This document shows, in pieces, positions 9,348 through 18,714 of a stretch of 64,000 bases of DNA. Numbering within the stretch: the first letter of the stretch is position 1; each line of letters starts with the position of its first letter. The DNA is from an uncultured delta proteobacterium (GTDB lineage: Bacteria > Myxococcota_A > Polyangia > Polyangiales > JAFGIB01). Both the position numbers and the translations under genes were made by a program. The stretch covers positions 32,001 to 96,000 of the forward strand of contig CAVZVA010000010.1 in assembly GCA_963778655.1 (NCBI GenBank), given 5' to 3'. Under the pieces are notes generated by a model, which did not search any database, was not told the DNA's origin, and saw only the letters and a program-made list of their open reading frames with translations.

Positions 9348-10007
9348 TCAGCGCCGGCGTTTGCCGCGCTCGAGTCGGTCCCCGATGCTGCGTAGCTGGC
9401 CGGACCGGCCGAGGGCGCCAGAGGCCCAGATCCCGATCGCGCTGCGCAGCGCGTCACGCCGCGATACGTGTAACCGCTCGGCAAAGTCCGGCTCGAGCAC
9501 CAACGCGAAGATGTGGTTGAGTAGCGCGAACGCGACCCCTTCGTCGACCTGCGGCTTGAGCAGCGGGCGCAGCAGCCTCGCTCCGCGCTGCTTGCGCTCT
9601 TCCATCACCGCTCGATAGCGCCGCCAGACGGCAGGGTAGTCGCTCTTCAAGTCGCGCACGAAGGCGGGGGAAAGCGTGGCGTTGGCGTCGGCCCAAGCGT
9701 CGATCCAGTGCATGTACTGATCGAAGTCGTCGCGCGACGCCTCGGGATCGCGCCTGGCGGCCTCCGCCGCGCCCAGCTCGTCCGCCCAGCGATCCACGCA
9801 AGCCATGGCCAGCGCTTGCTTGGACGGATACAGCTTGTAGAGCGTCGCGGCGCTGATCCGCAGCTCGGTGGCCAGCTCGGTCATGATCAGGGCACGAAGG
9901 CCGAAACGCTTGGCCTTGGCCGAGAACACATCGAGGATCTGGGTACCTATCTGCTCAGGATCATGGCGAATTCGCCGTGTCGCATGCCGGCGCGCGCTGG
10001 AGGGCAT
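9348..10007 (-). CDS. TetR/AcrR family transcriptional regulator
   Basis: HTH FGLRALIMTELATELRISAATLYKLYPSKQAL. Confidence 0.85.
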   Translation of the reverse strand: MPSSARRHATRRIRHDPEQIGTQILDVFSAKAKRFGLRALIMTELATELRISAATLYKLYPSKQALAMACVDRWADELGAAEAARRDPEASRDDFDQYMHWIDAWADANATLSPAFVRDLKSDYPAVWRRYRAVMEERKQRGARLLRPLLKPQVDEGVAFALLNHIFALVLEPDFAERLHVSRRDALRSAIGIWASGALGRSGQLRSIGDRLERGKRRR

Positions 10008-10135
10008 GCCCGGTGCTTACGATACTCTGCGATTACCCGCAATGCCTGCGGCTTCCGAGCCCGGTCAGCCACTCCGGCCGCGCGGCGACGCAACCGAAGC
10101 GGCCTCGAAAGGCGGCAGCTCGGCGCGCGGCCGAG

Positions 10136-10270
10136 TCAGTTCCAGGCGTTCGCCGGCATGTTCGCCATCACCGCCTGAATCATCATCATCTTGCCATCGA
10201 TGACTTTGAACAGCTCGCCGACGACCAGCGTGCTCGGATCGTGGGTGAACGGGAACATGCCCCACAAGCG
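10136..10270 (-). pseudogene. Orphan C-terminal fragment of an unrelated protein
   Basis: Protein-like frame LWGMFPFTHDPSTLVVGELFKVIDGKMMMIQAVMANMPANAWN* with no start of its own; begins where the upstream hydrolase homology breaks. Confidence 0.55.
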
Positions 10271-10944
10271 ATCTTGGTGACGTCGAGCTTGTGGTAGTAG
10301 ATGCTGTCCGGCGCGTCGTTTTGCGCGATCAGCCAATCCACGATCATCTTGTGCTCGTTGCCATCGCCGTTGGACACGTGCGCTTCGACCACGAACCCGT
10401 GCGAAGCCCAGCGTTGCAGGTGATCCATGTACTGAAACGGCTGCGAGCCGCCGCCGCAGCCCCAGCTGAAGATCGGGTGCAGCTCGCCGTTCGCGCCGAG
10501 CTCGGTCGGATGCGCGATCCAGCCCATGTTCGGTCCGACGTTCTGGTCGATCGTGACGTCGTATGGACCCATGGCGTCGACGTTGTCCGCGGGCAGCAGC
10601 TTGCCGGCCGTGCTGGTCGTGCCGGCGTCGGCCACCGCGGCGCTGCCGGCGTCGACCGGCGGCGGCGCGACGCCGCCCCCGGTGGCGGCGTTGCCCATGG
10701 CCGGCGACATGGCCGAGCCCGCCGTTCCCATGGGCGAGCTGCCCGCGGTCATCGGCGTGGCCCCCGAGCCGCCGGTCGCGAGCATCGTCATGCCGCCGCT
10801 GCCCGTCGCCGGTAAGCCGCCGGTCCCAGGCACGCCGGGCGTGTGGGCTGCGCCGGACGCTGGCGTCTTTGCGTTGCCCGAACAGCCCAGGCTGAGCGCT
10901 GCTGCGGCCGCCACCATGAGGCTCTGCCATGCTGCCCTCTTCAT
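10186..10944 (-). pseudogene. Lipoprotein alpha/beta-hydrolase (chlorophyllase/cutinase-like), truncated before the nucleophile elbow
   Basis: Lipobox LSLGC, then GPYDVT, HPIFSWGCGGG, WASHGFVV, YHKLDVTKIA. The expected GHSxGG does not follow. Confidence 0.65.
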
Positions 10945-11281
10945 CCGCGTGGCCTCCTGCGACACGCGCGCACGTGCGCGCACCCGATTACCCGTACTGC
11001 GGGTCGCGACCGCAAACCTGTCTGGACGCCTAAGAGAAGCCTACTCAAGTGCTACGTTTCGGCCTTCCTGGTGCCTCGACCCAGAGGACTCGGCCGGTGC
11101 CTGCCTCGTCCTCCGAACCCGCGGCGCGGTTGCGGTGCATCGCGCCTCTCGCCGTGATCGTCCCAGGTCGCGGACACCGCACGAAGTAGGTGCGCAGGTC
11201 TTGGCGCGCTCGGAATTGAATGCAAGGATGACGCCGTCGCGCGCCGCGAAGGGTGTCACACGCGCGACGAGGTGGTGTGTG

Positions 11282-13138
11282 ATGCGTTGTCTGAAACGCG
11301 CACGGATTGGTGCGTGTGTCCTGGCGTGGGTTGTGACGGCGTGCGGCGGCGGCAGCAAGACGCACCAAGAGGATGCCGCCGTGGTGGTCTCGCCGCCGGC
11401 GGGGGACCTGCCGTGCGACGTCGCGGCGGTCGTCGAGCAACACTGCGTCATGTGCCACGGCACCATGCTGCAAGCCGGAGCTCCGGTGCATTTGCAGCAT
11501 GCGAGCGACTTCGCGGCGGAGCGGGAAGGCACGACCGTGGGCCAGATCGCGCTCATGCTCGTACGCAGCCCGGTGCGAACGATGCCCCCGCCGCCCAATC
11601 CGCGCATCAGCGACGCCGAGCTCGCGACGCTGCAGGCGTTCGTCAGCGGCGGCGCGCTGCCGGTCGAGAACGGCTGCGCCGTACCGGACCTGCCGCCAGA
11701 CACCACGACGATGACGCCAGGCACCACGACCATGGCGCCCGGCACGATGATGACGCCGGGCACCACGATGACGCCGGGAGCGATGACGACGCCCGATATG
11801 AAGGCTGACGGCGGGTCGGTCGCCACGCAGATGCCGGACTCCGGCGCGGACACCGCCGGCGCGAGCTGGAGCATGTTCGGCTACGACCTGACGAATTCGC
11901 GCAACAATGCGGCCGAGCACACGCTCTCGCCCGAGAACGTGAGCACCCTGCACATGGTCTGGCAGTGGACCGGAGCGGCTACGACCAGCACGCCGGCGAT
12001 CGTCGACGGCGTCGTGTACCTGCCGGCCTGGGATGGCAAGGTGTACGCCCTTCACGCGCAGGACGGCTCACCGGTATGGACCGCCACCCTGCCGAACCTG
12101 ATCGATTCTTCGCCGTCGGTCAGCGCCGACCTGGTGTTCGTCTCGGACAACAAGGGCTGGGTGCACGCGATCGATCGCGCCACCGGGGACGTGAAGTGGT
12201 CAGTCCAAGTCGACAAGCACGCCGAGGCGCACGTGTGGAGCTCGCCGGCGTTCATCGCCGACCCTGGTATCGTCGTGGTCGGCGTCGCGTCGGGCGAGGA
12301 AGCGCTCTCGGCGCCCTACACCTTCCGCGGCAGCGTGGTCGCGCTCAACGCGAGCGACGGTACGGAGAAGTGGCGCTTCTACACCACCGACAACGACAGC
12401 AAATCGGGGCCTGGCATCTCGGTCTGGGGCACGGTGGCGGTGGATACCACGCGCAAGGTGCTGTACGTCGGCACCGGCAACAACTATTCCGAACCGGCGG
12501 GCCCCTACGAGGACTCGATGCTCGCGATCGACTACACCACGGGCCAGCTCGTGTGGTCGCACCAGTTCGCCACCAACGACATCTTTACCGTGTCCAACTT
12601 CGGCGGCGGCCCCGACTCCGACATCGGCGCGAGCGCCAACCTGTTCTCGCTCGATGGCGAGGACTACATCGGCATCGGCGTCAAGAACGGCCAGTACTAC
12701 GTGCTCGACCGCGATACCGGCATGATCGAGCACATGTCGCCGCTGACCGACGGCTCCGTGCTCGGCGGCGTGATCAGCGCGAGCGCCTACGCCGACGGGG
12801 TCGCCTTCGTCGCGTCGAACCGCTACTCGGAAGGCCTGACCGACACCTGCGCGGTCGACGTGCGGGACGGTCACGTGATTTGGCGCCAGACGACCACGAA
12901 CATCACGTATGGCGCGGTCGCGCACGCAAACGGCGTGGTCTACGTCGGCACCACGGACAAGACGGTGTACGCGCTCGACGGCACCAGCGGCGACGTGCTG
13001 TGGATGACCGATGCGCCCGATTCGATCGCCGGCGGCCCCGCGGTCTCGGGCGGCCGGTTGTTCGTGCCGTGGGGCTATCAGTGGACGCTCGGCCGTGGTG
13101 AAGCCGGCAGCGGTGGCCTATTGGTCTTCGGCTTGTGA
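11282..13138 (+). CDS. Lipoprotein: monohaem cytochrome c domain + PQQ-binding beta-propeller (PVA-dehydrogenase-like)
   Basis: Lipobox VTAC, CVMCH with distal MPP, WSMFGYDLTNSR, repeated propeller motifs (A.D..tG..kW, ALNASDGTEKW), GISVWG, YVGTGNNYS. The ORF-track extension to 10526 is antisense to the hydrolase. Confidence 0.85.
   Translation: MRCLKRARIGACVLAWVVTACGGGSKTHQEDAAVVVSPPAGDLPCDVAAVVEQHCVMCHGTMLQAGAPVHLQHASDFAAEREGTTVGQIALMLVRSPVRTMPPPPNPRISDAELATLQAFVSGGALPVENGCAVPDLPPDTTTMTPGTTTMAPGTMMTPGTTMTPGAMTTPDMKADGGSVATQMPDSGADTAGASWSMFGYDLTNSRNNAAEHTLSPENVSTLHMVWQWTGAATTSTPAIVDGVVYLPAWDGKVYALHAQDGSPVWTATLPNLIDSSPSVSADLVFVSDNKGWVHAIDRATGDVKWSVQVDKHAEAHVWSSPAFIADPGIVVVGVASGEEALSAPYTFRGSVVALNASDGTEKWRFYTTDNDSKSGPGISVWGTVAVDTTRKVLYVGTGNNYSEPAGPYEDSMLAIDYTTGQLVWSHQFATNDIFTVSNFGGGPDSDIGASANLFSLDGEDYIGIGVKNGQYYVLDRDTGMIEHMSPLTDGSVLGGVISASAYADGVAFVASNRYSEGLTDTCAVDVRDGHVIWRQTTTNITYGAVAHANGVVYVGTTDKTVYALDGTSGDVLWMTDAPDSIAGGPAVSGGRLFVPWGYQWTLGRGEAGSGGLLVFGL
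11702..11800 (+). repeat. Coding tandem repeat (TTTMTPG-like x5)
   Basis: TTTMTPG TTTMAPG TMMTPG TTMTPG AMTTPDM between the cytochrome and propeller domains. Confidence 0.85.
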
Positions 13139-13280
13139 GATACCACGCGCCCCGGTTGCATCGCGGCTTCCAGCCCCCGCACGGCTTGCCTCTACGCCGG
13201 CATTCCCATTGTCGCCCGTCGATTGTTTCGGCTTCGCATCCAAGCGCGGGTGCGCGCCAGCGGCGGCAATCCCGCCCCGT

Positions 13281-13577
13281 TCACGGCGCGGGCTCGGCAC
13301 GCGCGAGCGCGATCGCGCGTTCCGGGCATGCGCTGACGCACAAGCCGCAGGCGTGACATTGATCCGCGCGCACCGCGAACGCCTGCTTGTAGCCGTGAAA
13401 GAACGCCTTGATCCCCCCGGCGAACGATAGCTGCGCGCGCTCTTGAGGGTCGAGCTTCCGGAGCTCGAACACCTGATACGGGCACACCCGCACGCAGTCC
13501 TGCTTGCCCTCGCAGCAGTTGCGATCGATCACCGGCGAAAGGGCGCCGGCTCGCTTGCAGCTGGAAAGGTCGGTCAT
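13281..13577 (-). CDS. Dicluster ferredoxin
   Basis: CEGKQDCVRVCP and CHACGLCVSACP; GGAGGG-spanning region just upstream of the ATG; directly downstream of PadR. Confidence 0.9.
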   Translation of the reverse strand: MTDLSSCKRAGALSPVIDRNCCEGKQDCVRVCPYQVFELRKLDPQERAQLSFAGGIKAFFHGYKQAFAVRADQCHACGLCVSACPERAIALARAEPAP

Positions 13578-13588
13578 GGGAGGGCGCG

Positions 13589-14224
13589 TCAGCGCTCGTC
13601 GCCGTTTAGGATCGTTTCGATCTGCCGAATGGCCTCGTCGAGGATCTGGTGGACCTGTGCTTGGCTCTTGGCCGAGAGTTGCCCGCGGCGCGCGGCGCGC
13701 TTGAACGTCCTGATCAGATGAGCACCACGACGCATCAGCTCGCCGAAATCCTCCATCTGTCGCGGCCACGCGTCGTCCCCGAGGCGCTCGTAGAACTCCT
13801 TGACCTCGGGTTGATGCTCGGCCAGATCGCGCCGGCCCTGCTCGGTGATCGCATAGACCTTGCGCGTGTCCTGTTCCTCGACTTGGGCGTGACCAAGCTC
13901 GTGCAGCATCTGCAGGGTCGGATAGACGACGCCGGGGCTGGGTCGATACGTACCCCCGCTACGGGCCTCGATCGACTGGATGACTTCGTAGCCGTGGCGC
14001 GGCTGCTCGGAAATCGCGTCGAGCACCAGATAGCGCACTCCACCGCGCTCTGCCCGCGGAGGCGGATCGAAGTCGCCGAACCAGCCGAACCCAGGCTGGC
14101 CGGGACGTCCCGGTCCGCCCCAAGGCCCTCGCCCCCACCGGGGCCGGCGCCCAGCCGCGTGCCACCCTCGCGGGGACCCTCCGGGTCCCCGACCACGGCC
14201 AGAATCCCAAAATATTTCAAACAT
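13589..14224 (-). CDS. PadR family transcriptional regulator
   Basis: RGGVRYLVLDAISEQPRHGYEVIQSI, YRPSPGVVYPTLQML, RKVYAITEQG; Gly/Arg/Trp-rich N-terminus. Confidence 0.92.
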   Translation of the reverse strand: MFEIFWDSGRGRGPGGSPRGWHAAGRRPRWGRGPWGGPGRPGQPGFGWFGDFDPPPRAERGGVRYLVLDAISEQPRHGYEVIQSIEARSGGTYRPSPGVVYPTLQMLHELGHAQVEEQDTRKVYAITEQGRRDLAEHQPEVKEFYERLGDDAWPRQMEDFGELMRRGAHLIRTFKRAARRGQLSAKSQAQVHQILDEAIRQIETILNGDER

Positions 14225-14251
14225 ATATATGCGTCCCTGGGGCCTCGGGCC

Positions 14252-14290
14252 CAGTATATAGATATGTCTAGAAGACATATCTATATACTG
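14252..14290. promoter_or_regulatory. Perfect 18-bp inverted repeat, putative PadR operator
   Basis: CAGTATATAGATATGTCT-AGA-AGACATATCTATATACTG, ~27 bp upstream of the padR ATG. Confidence 0.75.
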
Positions 14291-14380
14291 CCGCGAGCCG
14301 GCTTGGTCAAGTCCCGGCTTTGTCGCGCTGGGCCTTTAGCCGCCAGCGTCCGGCTCAGCCGTCGCGCGTTTGCGGCAGGC

Positions 14381-17300
14381 TCACGCGGTGACGACCGACT
14401 CGACCTTGACGCCGCTCACATCACCATGGACGAGCAAAGCCTCGGCGAGCGTGTGTAAGAACGCCCGATCGGAGACCTGCGTGTCAGGTGCATCTTGATG
14501 AACGAAGACGGCCGCGAGGAGCTCCGTGCCATCTCTGGTTCCGAACAAGAGCACGGGCTCGAAGATCCGGCCTTGCTGGTCGGTGTAGCGGCGCGCAGGG
14601 GCCTGGCTTGAAGCGGCGTCTGCTTGCACCTCTGGGCCGCACTCGGCGAGCACATGCCCGTGAACCCAGGCATCGATGCCTGCGTCGGCCGAGTCGTCGG
14701 GCAGTGCCGCGATCAGCTTGACCCCGCCGTCGTAGACTCCGTACAGATAGCCGGAGAAGCCTCGCACATGCTCGAGCAGCAGTGTCAGCGCGCAGCGGGC
14801 ACGGTCGCCCGTGTCGAAGCACTCGTCCAAGCGGCTCTGCAGCGTCACGTACGCCGACTGCACCGACGCCATGTCGAGAAGCTCTTGCACGTGGGGCGAG
14901 CGGAGCTCGGAAGCCAGCTCCAGCCGAACAGCTTCTTGCAGCAGGCGCTCGAGCTTTGCGGTCATCGACGGATTCTTGGTGCGCTTGAACTCATCGGCGC
15001 ATAGGTCGGCGAAGCGCTCGAAGTCGGCGCGTTCGGACATGGCGATCGCAAGGCGCGCGCGCGCGTAGTACAGCAATCCGAGCGTGATACCCTTGCGACC
15101 GATCTGGCAGCCGTGTGCGATCGCGTTGTCGAGCAGACGCACTGCGCGATCGCGCTCCCCGCCCCTCGACAGCGCGATCGCTGCCGCCGCGCTGAGCTCG
15201 GTATCGCTGCCACCGCGTTCCTGAGGATCGCACCGCTCGAGATAGTATCGAGCGCGGTTCAACGCTTCGTCATCACGGCCGAGCGCGTTCAGGAGACTGA
15301 GGTGCGCTCCTGCGATGGGAGTGAAGTACAAGCTGCCACGCGATTGGACCAGCGCCAGCGCCTCCTCGACCTGCACGAGCGCGCCCTCCAAATCGCCCTG
15401 CAGCCTGCGCTGATGGCTCCGGCCGAGCAGCAACACCGGCTGCCAGCCCCGGTGCTCGCGCGCCACGACCGCGAGATCGTCGACCGCGCTCTTGACCCCG
15501 AGCAGGTTGCCGAGTCGTGCATGCGCGAGCAGCTGAATGCCGGCTCCGAGGGTCGCGGGCGGACCTTGCAACCCCAACTGCAAGCGATGCAGGTCAGCGC
15601 GACGCAAGCACCTGCGCGCCTCCGTTACGTCGCCCTGATTGAGGGCGAGCACGTGTCTGAGCATCCATGCGATCCCCCGCGTCTGCGGCAGACTTTCCAG
15701 CAGCTGCGCACGCTTCTCCGCCTTCATGCTGCCCCGCGCGGCTTCAATCGCGCCGAGCCCATAGTTGAGACCGAAGACGAGCTCGGCGAGCTTGACCTCG
15801 TCGAGCCCGCAACGGTCGGACTGCGAAATGCGCTCCAAGATCTGTTCCTGGAGCTGAATGCAGCGCTCCGTATCTCCATGAACCCAGGCCCGTGCGATCT
15901 CGATTCGCTTGCGGATCAAGTCGAGCCCAGGCGACAGCGCGAACAGCGGTTCCAGCTCGGACAGGCGTTCGATCGGCCCGACGTCCAGCCCACCCATACC
16001 CATCGCACAGAACGCGTTGACGACGCGCGCGAGCTCTTGGAATGCTTCGGACACAGCATACCCCCGAGCTGTCGGCTCGGTCCGCTCGTAGCGTTGCTGC
16101 GTCTCTTGGAGCGCCTGAAGCAGCCGTACGGATTCCGCGACGTGGGTGAGCTCGCGATAGCGGGCGAGACCGCAATCGTTTTCGACCTGCGTCAGCAGAG
16201 CCGGCGCATGACGCCAGAAGCTATCCCTCGCCAAGACGTACGAGGCCTTGGTGACGATGGCCGTGCGCAAACGCAGCACGGTCCGCGTGTCGAGCCCGTG
16301 GCGCAGAGCCTGCTCGACCGCGCGCTCGAGCAACGGAAGAGGCAGCGTCGTCCTCGGCTCGAGTGTGCGCAGCAGCTCGATGGCCTCGAGCTCCCGACCA
16401 GCCTCGAACAGGTGATGAGCCCGGCCGCCGATTTCCCCGCCTCCCTTCGACGCCAGCCAGTCCGCGAGTCGCGAGTGAATCGGCCGGCCGCGCTCCGCCG
16501 GCATCTCGTCGCACAGCACGGCGACGTAGGCTCGTTGACTGAAACAGTATCGCTCGCCGTCGGCGGAAAACACGCGCTCGGCGATCAGCTCGTCCAGGGC
16601 GGCGAAGGTGCGGGTTTCGTCGCCATGCGACGTGAGCATCACGTAGTCCGGTATCGTGGCACCGTCCCCGTCGGCAAGCGCCAGCGCGTCGCATAGCTCG
16701 CGCGCGTCCTGACTCAGAGTCGAAAGGCGCAGTGAAAGCGACGCCGAGAGCGTCGGGGGCAAGTCTCTCTCGGCGATATAAGTGGGCAAAGACCATCGGC
16801 CGGCCTCGTAGCGCGCGAGATTGGAGTCGACGAGGTGCTGCGCCAAGGTCATCGCGGCACGCGGATTCCCATGAGAAAGCCCATGAATGTGGGTCGCTAC
16901 CAGCCCCAGGTGTGGCACGTCGCCGAACACCGACCGCATCAGCAGCTCGGCATGCTCGGCCGAGAGCTCCTCGATCTCCACTTGCACCGCTCCGGCGTAC
17001 AGCATGCGAAGCGCCGGGGACCGCAAGGCTCTTTCGTTGCGGTCGACGGAGAACACGAGCAGCAGGCGGTTGCGCTGCGCCCTATGGCCAAGCGAGGCAA
17101 GCAGAGCGGCCGAGCGCTCGTCGATGCGGTCGGCATCGTCGACCGCTATCACCATGCGCTGGCTACCGCACAGGGTGAGGATGAAATCCCGCAGCTCCCT
17201 CACCATCACGGCCTCGTCGCGCGCCGAGGGTGGGAGCGTCGTGCGTCCTTGCTCGGGTAGCTCCTCCGGCAAGAAGCCACCGAGCGTCGTCGAGAGCCGG

Positions 17301-18475
17301 ATGGCTTCGGCGGCCGGCTGCGGCAAGAGTCTACACAGCTGGTGATACAGCGCACGGGCCACTCCGAAGTGACCGATCGCGGCATCTCGAGCGTCCGCGC
17401 GCACGACCACGGCGCCGGCGAGCTTGGCCTCGATGGCGGTGGCATCGAGCATGCGCGAGCGCCCCGAACCCGGCACGCCATCAACGCACAGAGTGCCCCC
17501 CTCTCCGCGCGCTAGCGCAAGCATCCGCTTGCGTATCGCGATCAATGCAGCGTCGCGGCCAACAAGGCTCGGCAGCCTGAGATACGCGTGTGAGACCGCG
17601 TCGTGTTCGTCACTCGGCAGGGACGCGATTGCACACAGGCGCGACATCACCTCAGCCGCGTGTTCGGGCCGGGCGTTGCGGTCCAACGCAAGCATCTCGA
17701 TGACCAGCGCATCCAGCGCGGAAGGGATGTCCGCCACGAAGCGCGCAGGCCGCACCAACTGCGAGCGCCACATGTCCCGCAACTCGGCGATCGACCGCGC
17801 GGGATACGCGTGCCGGCCGCTGAGCAAGAAGTACGCAAGGGCTCCGAGCGAAAACAGGTCCACGCGCGAGTCGAGCGGTTGAAGCTGTAGCACTTCGGGA
17901 GCGACAAACGGTGGCGTACCGACCACGTCGACCGAGACTCCGTGCGAAGTCATCGCACCGAAGTCGATCAGCTTGGCGCGGCCGTCCGCGGTGCGGCGCA
18001 CATTGCGGGGAGAGACATCTCGGTGCAGCAAGCCGCGGGAGTGCAGAATTGCGAGCGAAGATGCCACGTCGCGAAGCACCGCGCACGCTTCTCGCCAAGG
18101 CAGGCGCCCGCCGGAGTCGAGGTCGGCGCCGCCGAGCAGCTCCATCGTGTAGTACGGACCCGAGGCGTCGACGCCATAGTCGTAGACCTCGATGATGCGC
18201 GGATGTCGCAGTTGCTCCAGGGTGTGATACTCACGCTGCAGAAGCAGACGCCCTCTCGCCGCTTTCGGAGTATCACCGCTCAACCCTCGCTTGAGTGCGA
18301 CGGCCATGCCGGTCCGCGTATCGCGTACCTTGTACACGGTCGCCATCCCACCCCGGCCGACCAGTCCTTCGACCAGATAGCGATCAGCAATCGTCTGCCC
18401 CAGCTCGCTCGTCTGCTGGCTCGCTACGACCACCTCACGATCGTCGCACTTTTTTCGGCAGATTTCAGGGGGCAT
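14381..18475 (-). CDS. Ser/Thr protein kinase + AAA/STAND-like ATPase + helical repeats
   Basis: GRGGMATVY, VALK, HRDVSPRN, DFG, APE; LVGRD; Walker A GVPGSGRS; Walker B IAVDDAD; SHGNPR. Confidence 0.9.
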   Translation of the reverse strand: MPPEICRKKCDDREVVVASQQTSELGQTIADRYLVEGLVGRGGMATVYKVRDTRTGMAVALKRGLSGDTPKAARGRLLLQREYHTLEQLRHPRIIEVYDYGVDASGPYYTMELLGGADLDSGGRLPWREACAVLRDVASSLAILHSRGLLHRDVSPRNVRRTADGRAKLIDFGAMTSHGVSVDVVGTPPFVAPEVLQLQPLDSRVDLFSLGALAYFLLSGRHAYPARSIAELRDMWRSQLVRPARFVADIPSALDALVIEMLALDRNARPEHAAEVMSRLCAIASLPSDEHDAVSHAYLRLPSLVGRDAALIAIRKRMLALARGEGGTLCVDGVPGSGRSRMLDATAIEAKLAGAVVVRADARDAAIGHFGVARALYHQLCRLLPQPAAEAIRLSTTLGGFLPEELPEQGRTTLPPSARDEAVMVRELRDFILTLCGSQRMVIAVDDADRIDERSAALLASLGHRAQRNRLLLVFSVDRNERALRSPALRMLYAGAVQVEIEELSAEHAELLMRSVFGDVPHLGLVATHIHGLSHGNPRAAMTLAQHLVDSNLARYEAGRWSLPTYIAERDLPPTLSASLSLRLSTLSQDARELCDALALADGDGATIPDYVMLTSHGDETRTFAALDELIAERVFSADGERYCFSQRAYVAVLCDEMPAERGRPIHSRLADWLASKGGGEIGGRAHHLFEAGRELEAIELLRTLEPRTTLPLPLLERAVEQALRHGLDTRTVLRLRTAIVTKASYVLARDSFWRHAPALLTQVENDCGLARYRELTHVAESVRLLQALQETQQRYERTEPTARGYAVSEAFQELARVVNAFCAMGMGGLDVGPIERLSELEPLFALSPGLDLIRKRIEIARAWVHGDTERCIQLQEQILERISQSDRCGLDEVKLAELVFGLNYGLGAIEAARGSMKAEKRAQLLESLPQTRGIAWMLRHVLALNQGDVTEARRCLRRADLHRLQLGLQGPPATLGAGIQLLAHARLGNLLGVKSAVDDLAVVAREHRGWQPVLLLGRSHQRRLQGDLEGALVQVEEALALVQSRGSLYFTPIAGAHLSLLNALGRDDEALNRARYYLERCDPQERGGSDTELSAAAAIALSRGGERDRAVRLLDNAIAHGCQIGRKGITLGLLYYARARLAIAMSERADFERFADLCADEFKRTKNPSMTAKLERLLQEAVRLELASELRSPHVQELLDMASVQSAYVTLQSRLDECFDTGDRARCALTLLLEHVRGFSGYLYGVYDGGVKLIAALPDDSADAGIDAWVHGHVLAECGPEVQADAASSQAPARRYTDQQGRIFEPVLLFGTRDGTELLAAVFVHQDAPDTQVSDRAFLHTLAEALLVHGDVSGVKVESVVTA

Positions 18476-18714
18476 TCACCGCCGCTAAGGCTCGGCGGCA
18501 CGCTCCAACTGCTCTCGCTGAGGCCGGCGAGGGCACACCGCGTCATACAGGTGTACGCGCCTGGCAGCGAAGTCCTTACATGCGACCAGTGAGGCTGGCG
18601 CACGGCGCCAAACGCACCGAAGCGCGCTTTACAAAGGAATTTTGGCGCCGCCGGGCCAACGGCCAATTGCCAACGCCAGCCCAGGTGATTGATTATCAAA
18701 GACCGCGCGCCTCG

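Noticed and set aside
10526..11281. N-terminal extension of the 870-aa ORF
   Set aside because: Antisense to the hydrolase gene; a lipoprotein signal begins at ATG 11282.
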